DNA from: a virus
Taxonomy: Duplodnaviria; Heunggongvirae; Uroviricota; Caudoviricetes
DNA: 64,000 bases
Direction: 5' to 3' (one strand)
Virus record (IMG/VR): IMGVR_UViG_3300034022_000539
Below, one piece after another: positions 1 to 7,659 of the stretch. The translations under genes and the position numbers were made by a program. The number at the start of each line of letters is the position of its first letter. The stretch's first letter is position 1. The notes beneath the pieces are model-generated. The model had not been told where the DNA came from, ran no database searches, and saw nothing but the letters and a program-made list of their open reading frames with translations.

Positions 1-80
1 ACATATTCCTCTTTAGCTAAATCTCTGTATTGAAGCCTAGATTCAGTTGAGGTCCAATAATTTGTATTTTGTTCTTTCAT
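1..80 (-). CDS. possible 5'-partial gene start (ATG at 80-78, reading towards window edge; MKEQNTNYWTSTESRLQYRDLAKEEY...)
   Basis: Open frame runs from the ATG at 80 to the window edge. A TATAAT-containing AT-rich tract sits upstream at 95-115. Only 27 codons are visible. Confidence 0.25.
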   Translation of the reverse strand, partial: MKEQNTNYWTSTESRLQYRDLAKEEY

Positions 81-179
81 AATTCCTGTATTAATCATTA
101 TATGTTTCCTTTGCATTTAGTTTCATCTCTCATAGTTAGTTCAAGTCTCTGGGAAAATTAGATTTTGGGAAAATTTCAG

Positions 180-1000
180 CTAGGGAAAACCCCACCAAAC
201 GCTTCACACCATTAGGTACCCACATGGTCGTTCCGACCCAAATCTAGGCCCTGCTTAGTTTCTGGCACACTACTAATACACATGGATGTGGTATCCCAAT
301 TTCTATTCTGTACCAGTGATTGCTCTGGCCAACTCGCAGTTACTCTGATCCTCTTTAAATACCATTGGCGTGGACGTGTGACCATAGTAAGTCTTGGATA
401 GTCGCTGGGGTTTTTGGCATTCTGCAGGGTCAGTCTTGGTCTAGGTCACTGATTAGTTATATGGCTCAGATCAAGTGTGTAAGACACATCACTCTGTGTA
501 CTCTCTTTTTTTTCGCTGGTCCTTAAGGTATTCTGGTTCTTTAAGTACTAAGACATTTTAAGTGTCTAAGTGTCTAAGTTAATCCTCTATGGTTTATCTG
601 AGTACTCTGAATGCTCTGATACCTGGAAGTCATTTCTTGTCGCGCGCGCTTCATGTCGATCGGGCCCTTGGAGCTTAGTCCCCCGGGGACCCAATTTTTT
701 GGGAACCGGCGACATTGAACAAGTCGCGATTCTGTCGGGCCTGTCTGGCTCTTGAGTACTCTTTGTTTTGGGGGTATACAATCGAGGGTCTGATCCGAGT
801 CCTCTAAGTGGTTTGAGTTGTTTGGCGCCATGAATAGGCCCTGAAGCGCTGGCCCCGGGGCGAGATAGTTAACGCCCATAGTTGACAGTCGAAAATGCGC
901 TATAGCTAATATAGTAAGTGAAGGTCCATACCTTAAAATCGGCGTTTAATCGCGAGACATGCGCAATGCGCTTTTTAAAACCATGAATGGATCATGAGTG
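180..1000. repeat. GC-rich (~48% GC) noncoding island with multiple short palindromes (GCGCGCGC 642-649; GGGCCC 661-666; GTCCCCcGGGGAC 676-689; GCCCCGGGGC 852-861)
   Basis: No credible ORF is present. The three overlapping ORFs at 570-880 lie in different frames inside the GC tract. Composition contrasts sharply with the ~30% GC of the rest of the window. Palindromes are clustered. Confidence 0.6.
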
Positions 1001-1059
1001 CTTAGTGTCTTATATGCTCCATGTGTTATATTAGGCCTTTATATACTCTGAGGCTTATA

Positions 1060-1620
1060 GAGCTCTCATGTGTATATGCTATATGTGTATATGTTTATAC
1101 CCTATATGGTTAATTAGCTTTATTAGCTTTATTGCTCTATATGGCTTAATTAGCTTATTTGTCTTAATTGCGTACAGGCTAAGGCAGGTAAGCTCTGGCG
1201 TACTGTTGGTGCTCTAGGCTCTATAGAGCTCTGTAGCTCTCTGTCTCTCTACTGTTATTGGCTAATCAGCTGATACTGTTGGTGTGCTGGTGCTCTTGGT
1301 GTGTCTGTGCTCTCTGTAGTACCTATTAGCCTATTAGTCTATTGCTAATATTAGCTCTCTGGTGAATTATTAGTCCTCTGTAGATATTAGCGCTATATTT
1401 GCTTCCGGCGAGCGCTCTGGGAGCTTATTTGGACTTATTTAGCTCCTGGGAAGCTCCTGGTGACTATATTTAGCTCCCGGAGAGCTCCTGGGAAGCTTCC
1501 TGGGGCTTACTCTGGGGAAGCTCCTGGGGACTTACTCCTGGAAGCTTCCTGGGAGCGCTGCTGGCGCTAATCTTACCTCTGGCGTGAAATCCTACTTTAT
1601 ATGCTCCGGCGGGGCTTTTG
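1060..1620. repeat. degenerate tandem direct repeats (TATATGGYTAATTAGCTTWATT units 1095-1165; TACTGTTGGTG units 1200-1300; about 6 copies of GGGAAGCTCCTGG / GGAAGCTTCC 1400-1560)
   Basis: Short direct repeats and the palindromic cores GGAGCTCC / GGAAGCTTCC are visible by eye. The tract is noncoding. Confidence 0.6.
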
Positions 1621-1657
1621 TTTCAAAGTGATCTGGGTAGTCTGGGGTCCTTGCACG

Positions 1658-1673
1658 AAATGTTCGTAACTTT
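1658..1673 (+). promoter_or_regulatory. upstream box AAATGTTCGTAACTTT (TTGTTCGTAAC family), ~60 bp upstream of the -7 element
   Basis: This 11-mer occurs 9 times in the window, always at the head of a terminator/promoter module. Confidence 0.5.
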
Positions 1674-1716
1674 ACTAAAAATAAGTGCTTAAATATTTTT
1701 TTATTTGGATTATTAT

Positions 1717-1750
1717 GTGTATATTTACTCTATAATTAAAACACTAAACA
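1717..1750 (+). promoter_or_regulatory. conserved promoter cassette GTGTATATTTACTCTATAATTAAAACACTAAACA (TAnnTTTA -7-like element plus TATAAT), start codon 2 nt downstream
   Basis: A near-identical cassette is found upstream of 7 plus-strand genes and, reverse-complemented, upstream of several minus-strand genes. Confidence 0.7.
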
Positions 1751-1752
1751 AT

Positions 1753-2250
1753 ATGTCAAACATGATTTTTAACCAAGAGAAGATTAACCAAGTAGATTTT
1801 ATTAATGGCCGTACTGGTCAGTATAGAGCAGTAGTAAAAGTTAAAGCCGGTTTTATGACCGTAGTAGATGACTTAGGTATACAATGTAACTGGGCTTCAG
1901 GTGCCAGATGGAAGTCTGCCTTATCTGTATTCCAATCATTTAAACGTGGTGCTTTACAGACCATTGAATTTAAGGCTGATGGGTCTGACTCTTGGCTTAC
2001 TGTCTTTGCCCGTAAAGGTAATAAGATCATGTTAATGGACACTGATATGTTCTTAACTATGACTGTCGGTGATATTAACCAAGACTGGTCTACCACTAAC
2101 CTTTATAGTCAAGCTAACTATAAGATGGCTGGAGCTAAGACATGGGCTGATAAAGCCTTTGTTAGTAATACTGTTACTATAGAGGAGTTAAATCCTATTA
2201 TAGCTGGTGTTGACTTCTCTGAGTCTTTGGCTGCCTTAGCTGCTCTTTAA
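1753..2250 (+). CDS. hypothetical early protein (166 aa; MSNMIFNQEK...)
   Basis: The ORF lies immediately after the promoter cassette. The ORF-track start at 1705 runs into the promoter, so the MSN start at 1753 is preferred. The ATGTCAAA (MSK/MSN) start context is shared by sister genes. Confidence 0.65.
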   Translation: MSNMIFNQEKINQVDFINGRTGQYRAVVKVKAGFMTVVDDLGIQCNWASGARWKSALSVFQSFKRGALQTIEFKADGSDSWLTVFARKGNKIMLMDTDMFLTMTVGDINQDWSTTNLYSQANYKMAGAKTWADKAFVSNTVTIEELNPIIAGVDFSESLAALAAL

Positions 2251-2251
2251 G

Positions 2252-2268
2252 ATGTTCGTAACTTTTAT
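2252..2268 (+). promoter_or_regulatory. TTGTTCGTAAC-family upstream box (ATGTTCGTAACTTTTAT) directly after the stop codon
   Basis: Same conserved 11-mer as above. Confidence 0.5.
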
Positions 2269-2298
2269 CAGTTACCTATGTTCCATGTCATTTAAATT

Positions 2299-2333
2299 GT
2301 GTATATTTACTCTATAATTAAAACTTAAACAAT
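2299..2333 (+). promoter_or_regulatory. conserved promoter cassette (GTGTATATTTACTCTATAATTAAAACTTAAACAAT)
   Basis: The motif is identical to the cassette at 1717. Confidence 0.7.
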
Positions 2334-2729
2334 ATGTCAAAAATTAATCAATTCGATCGTCAGTCATTACGCGCACTTCGTGCAGATTTGGACTCAGCAA
2401 TGGCTGCCATTGCAACTAAGTATGGTATTCAGTTAAATGCTGGTAATATCTCATTCACATCAGATACTGCTACTATTAAAGTGGCTGCTGGTATTATCAA
2501 GAACGGTACAGCTGTTACTGCTGAAGCCAAAGCCTTTGATCAGTATAAGCGTATGGTAGGTCTGGGTCACTTAAGTGTTGGTGATAGCATTACTCTTCAA
2601 GGTAAAGCATATACCATCACTGGTTATAAGCCTCGCTCTAGTAAAGCGCCTGTATGTGTTGAACATCGTGGTCGTGGCTTTAAGGTGTCAGTTGACATGG
2701 TTAAGATGTACAACTCAGTGCCTGCCTAA
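2334..2729 (+). CDS. hypothetical early protein (131 aa; MSKINQFDRQ...)
   Basis: The ORF begins 0 nt after the cassette with the ATGTCAAA start. Confidence 0.65.
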   Translation: MSKINQFDRQSLRALRADLDSAMAAIATKYGIQLNAGNISFTSDTATIKVAAGIIKNGTAVTAEAKAFDQYKRMVGLGHLSVGDSITLQGKAYTITGYKPRSSKAPVCVEHRGRGFKVSVDMVKMYNSVPA

Positions 2730-2754
2730 CTGTTAATAACTTTTGTGAAAATAG

Positions 2755-2786
2755 GTTGACAATTGCTTTGGGTTGTCAACCTTTTC
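2755..2786 (+). terminator. hairpin GTTGACAA-ttgctttgg-TTGTCAAC followed by CTTTTC
   Basis: A perfect 8-bp inverted repeat with a 9-nt loop and T-rich tail lies 25 nt after the stop of the 2334-2729 gene. It overlaps the TTTGGGTTGTCA element of the next promoter. Confidence 0.5.
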
Positions 2787-2821
2787 ACGTATATTTACAT
2801 ATGAATTTAAAAATAAGACAC
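2787..2821 (+). promoter_or_regulatory. promoter cassette variant (CACGTATATTTACATATGAATTTAAAAATAAGACAC) driving small-RNA-like unit 1
   Basis: The TATATTTAC -7 element and spacing are conserved. Where the mRNA genes have a real ORF, this unit has the 2-codon mini-ORF ATG-AAG-TAG. Confidence 0.55.
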
Positions 2822-2945
2822 ATGAAGTAGATGCTTAAAAATCAAAAAAGAGGTAGCACCTCAACAAGGGTTCGCTTTTTTCTCGGAGCGCAGAGGGTAG
2901 ACTCCGACCTACGTGACACCCCCTCCCTCGATAGTGGTCCAAATG
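2822..2945 (+). ncRNA. candidate small RNA 1, paralogous to unit 2
   Basis: A 5' hairpin GAGGT-AGC-ACCTC (2852-2864) covaries with GGGAT-AAAA-TCCC in unit 2. The shared box GTAGACTCCGACCT is embedded in a CGGAG/CTCCG stem. The unit ends at the next TTGTTCGTAAC box. The apparent ORFs 2831-3022 and 3043-3237 share only nucleotide-level motifs and run into the next promoter. Confidence 0.4.
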
Positions 2946-2968
2946 TTCGTAACTTTTATGAAAATAAA
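2941..2968 (+). promoter_or_regulatory. TTGTTCGTAAC-family upstream box (AAATGTTCGTAACTTTTATGAAAATAAA)
   Basis: Conserved 11-mer plus the TTTTATGAAAATAA extension seen in other modules. Confidence 0.5.
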
Positions 2969-2998
2969 TGCGCAATTGTTTTGGGTTGTCATTTAAAT

Positions 2999-3030
2999 CA
3001 CGTATATTTACTATGTAATTAAAAATAAGC
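2999..3030 (+). promoter_or_regulatory. promoter cassette variant driving small-RNA-like unit 2
   Basis: Contains CACGTATATTTACTATGTAATTAAAAATAAGC, followed by the mini-ORF ATG-ACG-TAG. Confidence 0.55.
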
Positions 3031-3032
3031 TA

Positions 3033-3140
3033 TATGACGTAGATGACTAAAAATTCAAAAAGGGATAAAATCCCAACAGGGGCGGTCCTTTCAAAAGAAG
3101 GAGGAAGAGTAGACTCCGACCTGCTTTATATTTTTTTTAT
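3033..3140 (+). ncRNA. candidate small RNA 2 (contains AAGGAGG and a T8 run at 3131-3138)
   Basis: Same architecture as unit 1. The 5' hairpin GGGATAAAATCCC is at 3062-3074 and the conserved box TAGACTCCGACCT at 3109-3121. Confidence 0.4.
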
Positions 3141-3213
3141 AAAGGCTGTTCATAACTATGTTAATAACTTTATTGAATTATTTTTAGGGGCCTATGTCCG
3201 GTTAAAGAAATTT

Positions 3214-3250
3214 GTTGTATATTTACTGTATAATTAAAACACTAAAAGAT
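3214..3250 (+). promoter_or_regulatory. conserved promoter cassette (GTTGTATATTTACTGTATAATTAAAACACTAAAAGAT)
   Basis: Motif identity. Confidence 0.7.
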
Positions 3251-3568
3251 ATGTCAAACATCAAAGATCAAATTCAGTCATGGGTAGCTACCGAAGCTCA
3301 AGCTACTATTAATAACTACTATACTAAGGCATTGCCTAGTTTGCGTGTTCCAGAGCTTACCGTTAAATTTGGACAGAAATATGCCCAAGTCTGGAATGGT
3401 ACTACTATATGGGCTTTTATTGCTTTAACTGATGAGGTTGCCAAAGCACAACGTGTAGGTGACTTATTGAAGCCTGCTTCGTGGAGGGCTCCAGCTAAAC
3501 ATAGTCGTGGTAACATTATTGAAGGTACCGCTGCTTATGGTCCTTATGGTCCAGAGTACATAAAATAA
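3251..3568 (+). CDS. hypothetical early protein (105 aa; MSNIKDQIQS...)
   Basis: The start was moved from 3212, which lies inside the promoter, to the conserved ATGTCAAA context. It ends PYGPYGPEYIK. Confidence 0.65.
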   Translation: MSNIKDQIQSWVATEAQATINNYYTKALPSLRVPELTVKFGQKYAQVWNGTTIWAFIALTDEVAKAQRVGDLLKPASWRAPAKHSRGNIIEGTAAYGPYGPEYIK

Positions 3569-3612
3569 TTTGAAAATACTTGTCTAAATATTTTTTTATG
3601 TCGAGTATTATG

Positions 3613-3647
3613 TGTATATTAGCTTTATAATTAAAAACAAACAGATC
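3613..3647 (+). promoter_or_regulatory. conserved promoter cassette variant (GTGTATATTAGCTTTATAATTAAAAACAAACAGATC)
   Basis: Motif identity. Confidence 0.65.
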
Positions 3648-4025
3648 ATGCCTTATATTTCAAAAGAACAAGTTAAAGTAAAACGAGAAGCCCTTAAGAA
3701 AGCCTTACCTCAGTTTAAGATGTCTATTACTACTGATAACTATAGTGGTATTAAAGTGGCTATCATGAAAGGTCCAGTTGATTTCGGTATTGAGTATGCT
3801 CAGTTAAATGAGTATGCTGATTATCGCGAACCACGTTGGGACAGAGACACTGAACAATATGTGTCCAATCCAGCTATAGCTGACCTAATGGAGACTGTGA
3901 TGCCTATCTTAAATGATGGTATGCGTGAAGGTCATGATGATAGTGATTATGGTCATATACCTGATTACTATACTTGGGTTCATATTGGTCAATGGGATAA
4001 AGCCTACGAGGTGGTTAATGCGTAA
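3648..4025 (+). CDS. hypothetical early protein (125 aa; MPYISKEQVKVKREALKK...)
   Basis: The start was moved from 3612, in the promoter, to the first ATG after the cassette. Confidence 0.6.
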   Translation: MPYISKEQVKVKREALKKALPQFKMSITTDNYSGIKVAIMKGPVDFGIEYAQLNEYADYREPRWDRDTEQYVSNPAIADLMETVMPILNDGMREGHDDSDYGHIPDYYTWVHIGQWDKAYEVVNA

Positions 4026-4359
4026 ACTTAAAAAGTCTGATGTTAATGCTGATACACTGATGAGGTGGTCTAATCGTAAGTTAGGTCCCTCTAGGTGCAA
4101 ACGTATATTGATTGTAGATCGTAAAAGCCCTGATTACGGTTGGTATGATTGGCATGGTACAGTCTACATCAATATACGCAATATTAGTTCTATGACTTCA
4201 GTATACAGAACTATGGCGCACGAATGGACTCATGCTCAACAAACATATGGTCGGTATAATGCCTATCATAAGAAGCATGGCTATAAAAACAATCCATATG
4301 AGGTTGCTGCCCGCCGGAGAGAAAGAACTTGCTTTAGTGAATTGTTCGTAACTTTATAG
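4018..4359 (+). CDS. putative small HExxH zinc-metallopeptidase-like protein (113 aa; ...TMAHEWTHAQQ...)
   Basis: The ATG overlaps the stop of the previous gene (ATGCGTAA). It carries an HEWTH motif. The ORF-track version starting at 3913 is an N-terminal hydrophobic frame-extension. Confidence 0.45.
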   Translation: MRKLKKSDVNADTLMRWSNRKLGPSRCKRILIVDRKSPDYGWYDWHGTVYINIRNISSMTSVYRTMAHEWTHAQQTYGRYNAYHKKHGYKNNPYEVAARRRERTCFSELFVTL

Positions 4360-4366
4360 AAAATAA
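4341..4366 (+). promoter_or_regulatory. TTGTTCGTAAC-family upstream box (ATTGTTCGTAACTTTATAGAAAATAA), overlapping the end of the 4018-4359 gene
   Basis: Conserved 11-mer. Here it encodes the C-terminal LFVTL*. Confidence 0.5.
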
Positions 4367-4398
4367 TTCACAAAAAGCTTTGGGTTGTCGTTTATATC

Positions 4399-4434
4399 GT
4401 GTATATTTACTCTATAATTAAAACACTAACAGAT
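4399..4434 (+). promoter_or_regulatory. conserved promoter cassette (GTGTATATTTACTCTATAATTAAAACACTAACAGAT) with TTTGGGTTGTCG -33-like element 19 bp upstream
   Basis: Motif identity. Confidence 0.7.
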
Positions 4435-4737
4435 ATGTCAAAAGAAACAATTTTAGTCCACACTCAATTTTACGAAAACTACAACGTCGGTCCTGATGGA
4501 TTCGGTGAAACTCCATCTTGGAAAGCCAAAGGTGGTCATACCTTCTCAATTGAGATGGATGCTGATCTTTTAATGTACTCTGACTCTAAGGCTATTTTTA
4601 GCAAAATGTTAGAGATGCATAACACTATTGCAGAGCGTTTTGAATATATAGAGTATGAAATTCAATGGTCTAAACCAAGTCTTCTTGGGTATCAGGCTGA
4701 TTATATAGCAGCTAACGAGGCTTTACAAACAGCCTAA
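4435..4737 (+). CDS. hypothetical early protein (100 aa; MSKETILVHTQFYENYNVG...)
   Basis: The ORF follows the cassette. The start was moved from 4399. Confidence 0.65.
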   Translation: MSKETILVHTQFYENYNVGPDGFGETPSWKAKGGHTFSIEMDADLLMYSDSKAIFSKMLEMHNTIAERFEYIEYEIQWSKPSLLGYQADYIAANEALQTA

Positions 4738-4790
4738 TCTTTTTTTGAAACAATTCATAATTTAACCATATAAAAATAAAAACAAATCTT

Positions 4791-5942
4791 ATGTCAGCAA
4801 TCGCAACATTATCATCAGCAGTTCTTGAAAATCGTAGAGCTGAAACACGTAACTCTCAGTCAATTCGTAAAACTGTATCAGTACGTGATATTAACCTTGT
4901 TAACGATACAACTATCGAGTATCAAGGTAAACGTCTAGAGATTACATCAGACGCATTCAAGTCTCTTATGAAATTGATCGGTATGTCAGCAACCTTTGCT
5001 GCTAAGTTCGAATCTCTATTTAACCCTGAGACCAAAGCAAAATTCGTTAACCAAATGAAAAACGCTATGGCAGCTCAGTTGAATGAGATCACCATTATAT
5101 TGTCTCCACAGACTAAGAAGGTAGTTGGTTTCTCTAAGAATGCAACAGACCTTATTTCTCACGAACGTTTCATTTCATTGGCTGATCAAATTATCGATCA
5201 ACATGGCTTTGAAGTTACCAATTGGGGTGTAGATGCTACTAAAGGTTCAGTTATTATCAATGCTTTTAATCCTAAGGCACAATTTGACCTTGCAGGTCTT
5301 GGTTTAGCCAATGAGGTTTTCACCGCTGGTGTTACTCTTAAGAATTCACCTTTCGGAGGTATACAAGTTATGCCTTATGTTAACAGAATGTTCTGTACGA
5401 ATGGCTTAACTACAGGATTGGCTAGCGAATCTTATTCACTATCTAATTTAAATCCTGAATCGATGGAGAACTTTCACCAACATATGAGTCAATTGCGTAA
5501 GAATGGATTTGTACCTACTAATTTTGCTGAAACTGTGAAATTGGCTACTCAAACTCCAGCTTCTCTATGGGAAATGGAACGTGCATATAGTTCAATCAAA
5601 CCAATGGTTGGCGCACAAGCTGACTCTTGGATCCCTTTGAATGATAACTACTCAGCGTATACTAAAGCAGGTATGATGCCAGAAGGTTTCTCAGCTGCTC
5701 AAAAGAAAAACGCACGTACTGATCAATCAATCTGGTCATTGGTAAATGGTATGACTCACGTCGCTACACATGCACCAGAACAATTAGCATTTAACATGAC
5801 TGATAGAGAATCTACAGACTTGATGGTTAAAGCTGGTGGTATCTTCGGTAAGCAATTTGATTTAGGTAACACAATTCGTTCACCTTTCAAAGCAGATGCT
5901 CACTTAGAGGCTGAAATGCAAGTAGGAGCTTTATTAAACTAA
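4791..5942 (+). CDS. hypothetical protein (383 aa; MSAIATLSSAVLENRRAETR...)
   Basis: A long ORF, unusual in AT-rich DNA. Its own AT-rich promoter-like tract is at 4745-4790 and a strong terminator lies downstream. Confidence 0.7.
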   Translation: MSAIATLSSAVLENRRAETRNSQSIRKTVSVRDINLVNDTTIEYQGKRLEITSDAFKSLMKLIGMSATFAAKFESLFNPETKAKFVNQMKNAMAAQLNEITIILSPQTKKVVGFSKNATDLISHERFISLADQIIDQHGFEVTNWGVDATKGSVIINAFNPKAQFDLAGLGLANEVFTAGVTLKNSPFGGIQVMPYVNRMFCTNGLTTGLASESYSLSNLNPESMENFHQHMSQLRKNGFVPTNFAETVKLATQTPASLWEMERAYSSIKPMVGAQADSWIPLNDNYSAYTKAGMMPEGFSAAQKKNARTDQSIWSLVNGMTHVATHAPEQLAFNMTDRESTDLMVKAGGIFGKQFDLGNTIRSPFKADAHLEAEMQVGALLN

Positions 5943-5948
5943 AAACTC

Positions 5949-6011
5949 GTAACCTCATCCAGATCACAGACAATCGAAACTGTAAAATGGAGCTGTTGAA
6001 GATGAGGTTAC
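5949..6011 (+). other. long inverted repeat GTAACCTCATC...GATGAGGTTAC (11-bp arms, ~41-nt loop) in the 3' UTR
   Basis: The arms are perfectly complementary. Function is unknown (RNA structure or processing site). Confidence 0.4.
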
Positions 6012-6086
6012 TATGAAAACTGGGAGTATGGTTAGAGCAGCGTAAATTCTAGATAGCATTAAGACTCACGACCTAAGTCCCTTCCA

Positions 6087-6117
6087 AGCCGGTACTACAT
6101 GTACCGGCTTTCTTTTT
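6087..6117 (+). terminator. rho-independent terminator AGCCGGTAC-tacat-GTACCGGCT + TTCTTTTT
   Basis: A perfect 9-bp stem with a 5-nt loop is followed by a T-run. Confidence 0.8.
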
Positions 6118-6199
6118 GCTCCAAAGGCTGCCATTGGTGAATTATTTTCGCTTTTTTATGAAAATAAACGCAAATAAGCTTTGGGTTGTCATTTATTAT

Positions 6200-6235
6200 G
6201 TGTATATTTACCTTATAATTAAAACACTAACAGAT
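6200..6235 (+). promoter_or_regulatory. conserved promoter cassette (GTGTATATTTACCTTATAATTAAAACACTAACAGAT), TTTG 19 bp upstream of TATATTTA
   Basis: Motif identity. Confidence 0.7.
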
Positions 6236-6430
6236 ATGAAAGTCACAGTCAACATTTTACCATTTTTAGGAGCCTTAGTTATGGGTTTCATTAGTTACTC
6301 TATTATGCAAGGTACTGCTCAAGAAGTGGTTCATTTTGCGGGTGTATTAAACGAGATCTTCACATTGGTTATGGCCATGATGATGACCTTAGGTCTTTTG
6401 ATAATGTCAATCTCAAAGGCTGCCAAATAA
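6236..6430 (+). CDS. small membrane protein (64 aa, two predicted TM helices; MKVTVNILPFLGALVMGF...)
   Basis: The start was moved from 6116, in the promoter, to the first ATG after the cassette. The protein is hydrophobic. Confidence 0.55.
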   Translation: MKVTVNILPFLGALVMGFISYSIMQGTAQEVVHFAGVLNEIFTLVMAMMMTLGLLIMSISKAAK

Positions 6431-6449
6431 ATTGTTCGTAACTTTTACC
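6431..6449 (+). promoter_or_regulatory. TTGTTCGTAAC-family upstream box
   Basis: Conserved 11-mer directly after the stop codon. Confidence 0.5.
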
Positions 6450-6476
6450 TAATTTATTTTGGGTTGTCAAATAAAA

Positions 6477-6514
6477 GTTGTATATTAGCTCTATAATTAA
6501 AAGTCAAACACTAT
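6477..6514 (+). promoter_or_regulatory. conserved promoter cassette variant (GTTGTATATTAGCTCTATAATTAAAAGTCAAACACTAT)
   Basis: Same variant as the minus-strand modules at 36108, 58014 and 63722. Confidence 0.7.
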
Positions 6515-7657
6515 ATGTCAAAATCATCTTACACAATTCACAAATTAGAGGCTGTTCCTAATAAGAAGCCTAATTTCAATCTTAAAAATATTGCTGATTC
6601 CGAGGACCAAGTCCTGATCACAGCAGAAAATCCTAAGTATGCCTATGTAGCAGAAAATCAGGGTCGTATTATTAACATCAACGGAGTTATGGCTTCAGGT
6701 GTTTTAAAGATGACCTCATCAGCTGACTACTATGATGCTTATGGTCTTAAACAAAAAACCAAGGTTGAGGTAGCCGCACCTAAAGCAGCTCCACTTAAAA
6801 TCTCATTAACCAAGTTAGATGACCTTAATTTCTCTGACGAGTTATTTAACCCTCTAACTACTGGTTTGGCAATAGACCAATTCTTATCTAATGACGGTGG
6901 CTTTATGCCAGGTTCAAACATCATGGCTGCAGGTGCACCGGGTGTAGGTAAGACTACAGTTCTTTTAGAAACCTTATACGCAGTACAAAAGCAAGATCCT
7001 ACCAAGCGTGTGCTGTTCATCTCAGCTGAAATGAACCAATTGGACATGGCTAGATACCTAAAAAGATTCCCACATTGGGGTCAGTTACCAATCTTATTCT
7101 TAAGTGACTATGTTGACCAAGATCCTCAAGCCGTAATAGAGCAAACATTGCAACAAGGTTGGGACATAGTCTTAACAGATAGTTACACCGAGGTGAATGA
7201 CACAGTTAAAGAAGCTTGTAACATGACCAGAGGTAAAACTGAAAAGTGGTTCTTGGACATGATGATTGCCAATAACCAAGGTAAGAACCAAACCAAGAAG
7301 TATACTACCTTCATCACCATTTTACAGTTATCTAAGGGTGGTACATTCGTCGGGTCCAACAAACTAAAACACATGACCACAGCCATGCTAGAATTAAACT
7401 GGAAAGGCAATGAGAATTCAGCTGAGCGTTATATGGAATTCAGTAAGAACCGTTTAGGCCAAGTAGGTCATAAGTTATTCTTTGACTTTACAGACGGAGT
7501 TAGTTTTGACACCAAGAGATACAAGCGAGATCTACTTAACTTGGAATTAATTGAGGATGAGAGAGCTAAGCTGACATCAGAAGAGGATAGCTTTGACCGT
7601 CTTTTCGGTGCTATACCTAATGAAAGTGACTCCACCCCGGCGGTAGAAGTAAACTAA
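6515..7657 (+). CDS. RecA-superfamily P-loop ATPase (DnaB-helicase/RadA/Sak4-like), 380 aa
   Basis: Has a Walker A motif GAPGVGKTT followed by VLFISAEM, resembling the DnaB/RadA-type motif, and a Walker B-like IVLTDSY. Confidence 0.6.
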   Translation: MSKSSYTIHKLEAVPNKKPNFNLKNIADSEDQVLITAENPKYAYVAENQGRIININGVMASGVLKMTSSADYYDAYGLKQKTKVEVAAPKAAPLKISLTKLDDLNFSDELFNPLTTGLAIDQFLSNDGGFMPGSNIMAAGAPGVGKTTVLLETLYAVQKQDPTKRVLFISAEMNQLDMARYLKRFPHWGQLPILFLSDYVDQDPQAVIEQTLQQGWDIVLTDSYTEVNDTVKEACNMTRGKTEKWFLDMMIANNQGKNQTKKYTTFITILQLSKGGTFVGSNKLKHMTTAMLELNWKGNENSAERYMEFSKNRLGQVGHKLFFDFTDGVSFDTKRYKRDLLNLELIEDERAKLTSEEDSFDRLFGAIPNESDSTPAVEVN

Positions 7658-7659
7658 TT

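Noticed and set aside
570-879. Three overlapping 61-101-aa ORFs in the GC-rich island
   Set aside because: They overlap each other in different frames, have no promoter cassette or coupled neighbours, and lie in a palindrome-dense region. Open frames are expected by chance in GC-rich DNA.
2831-3237. 63- and 64-aa proteins MLKNQKRG... / MTKNSKRD...
   Set aside because: The two frames resemble each other only where the DNA motifs (5' box, GTAGACTCCGACCT, next promoter) are shared, and both read through into the downstream promoter cassette. This is more consistent with paralogous RNA elements than proteins.
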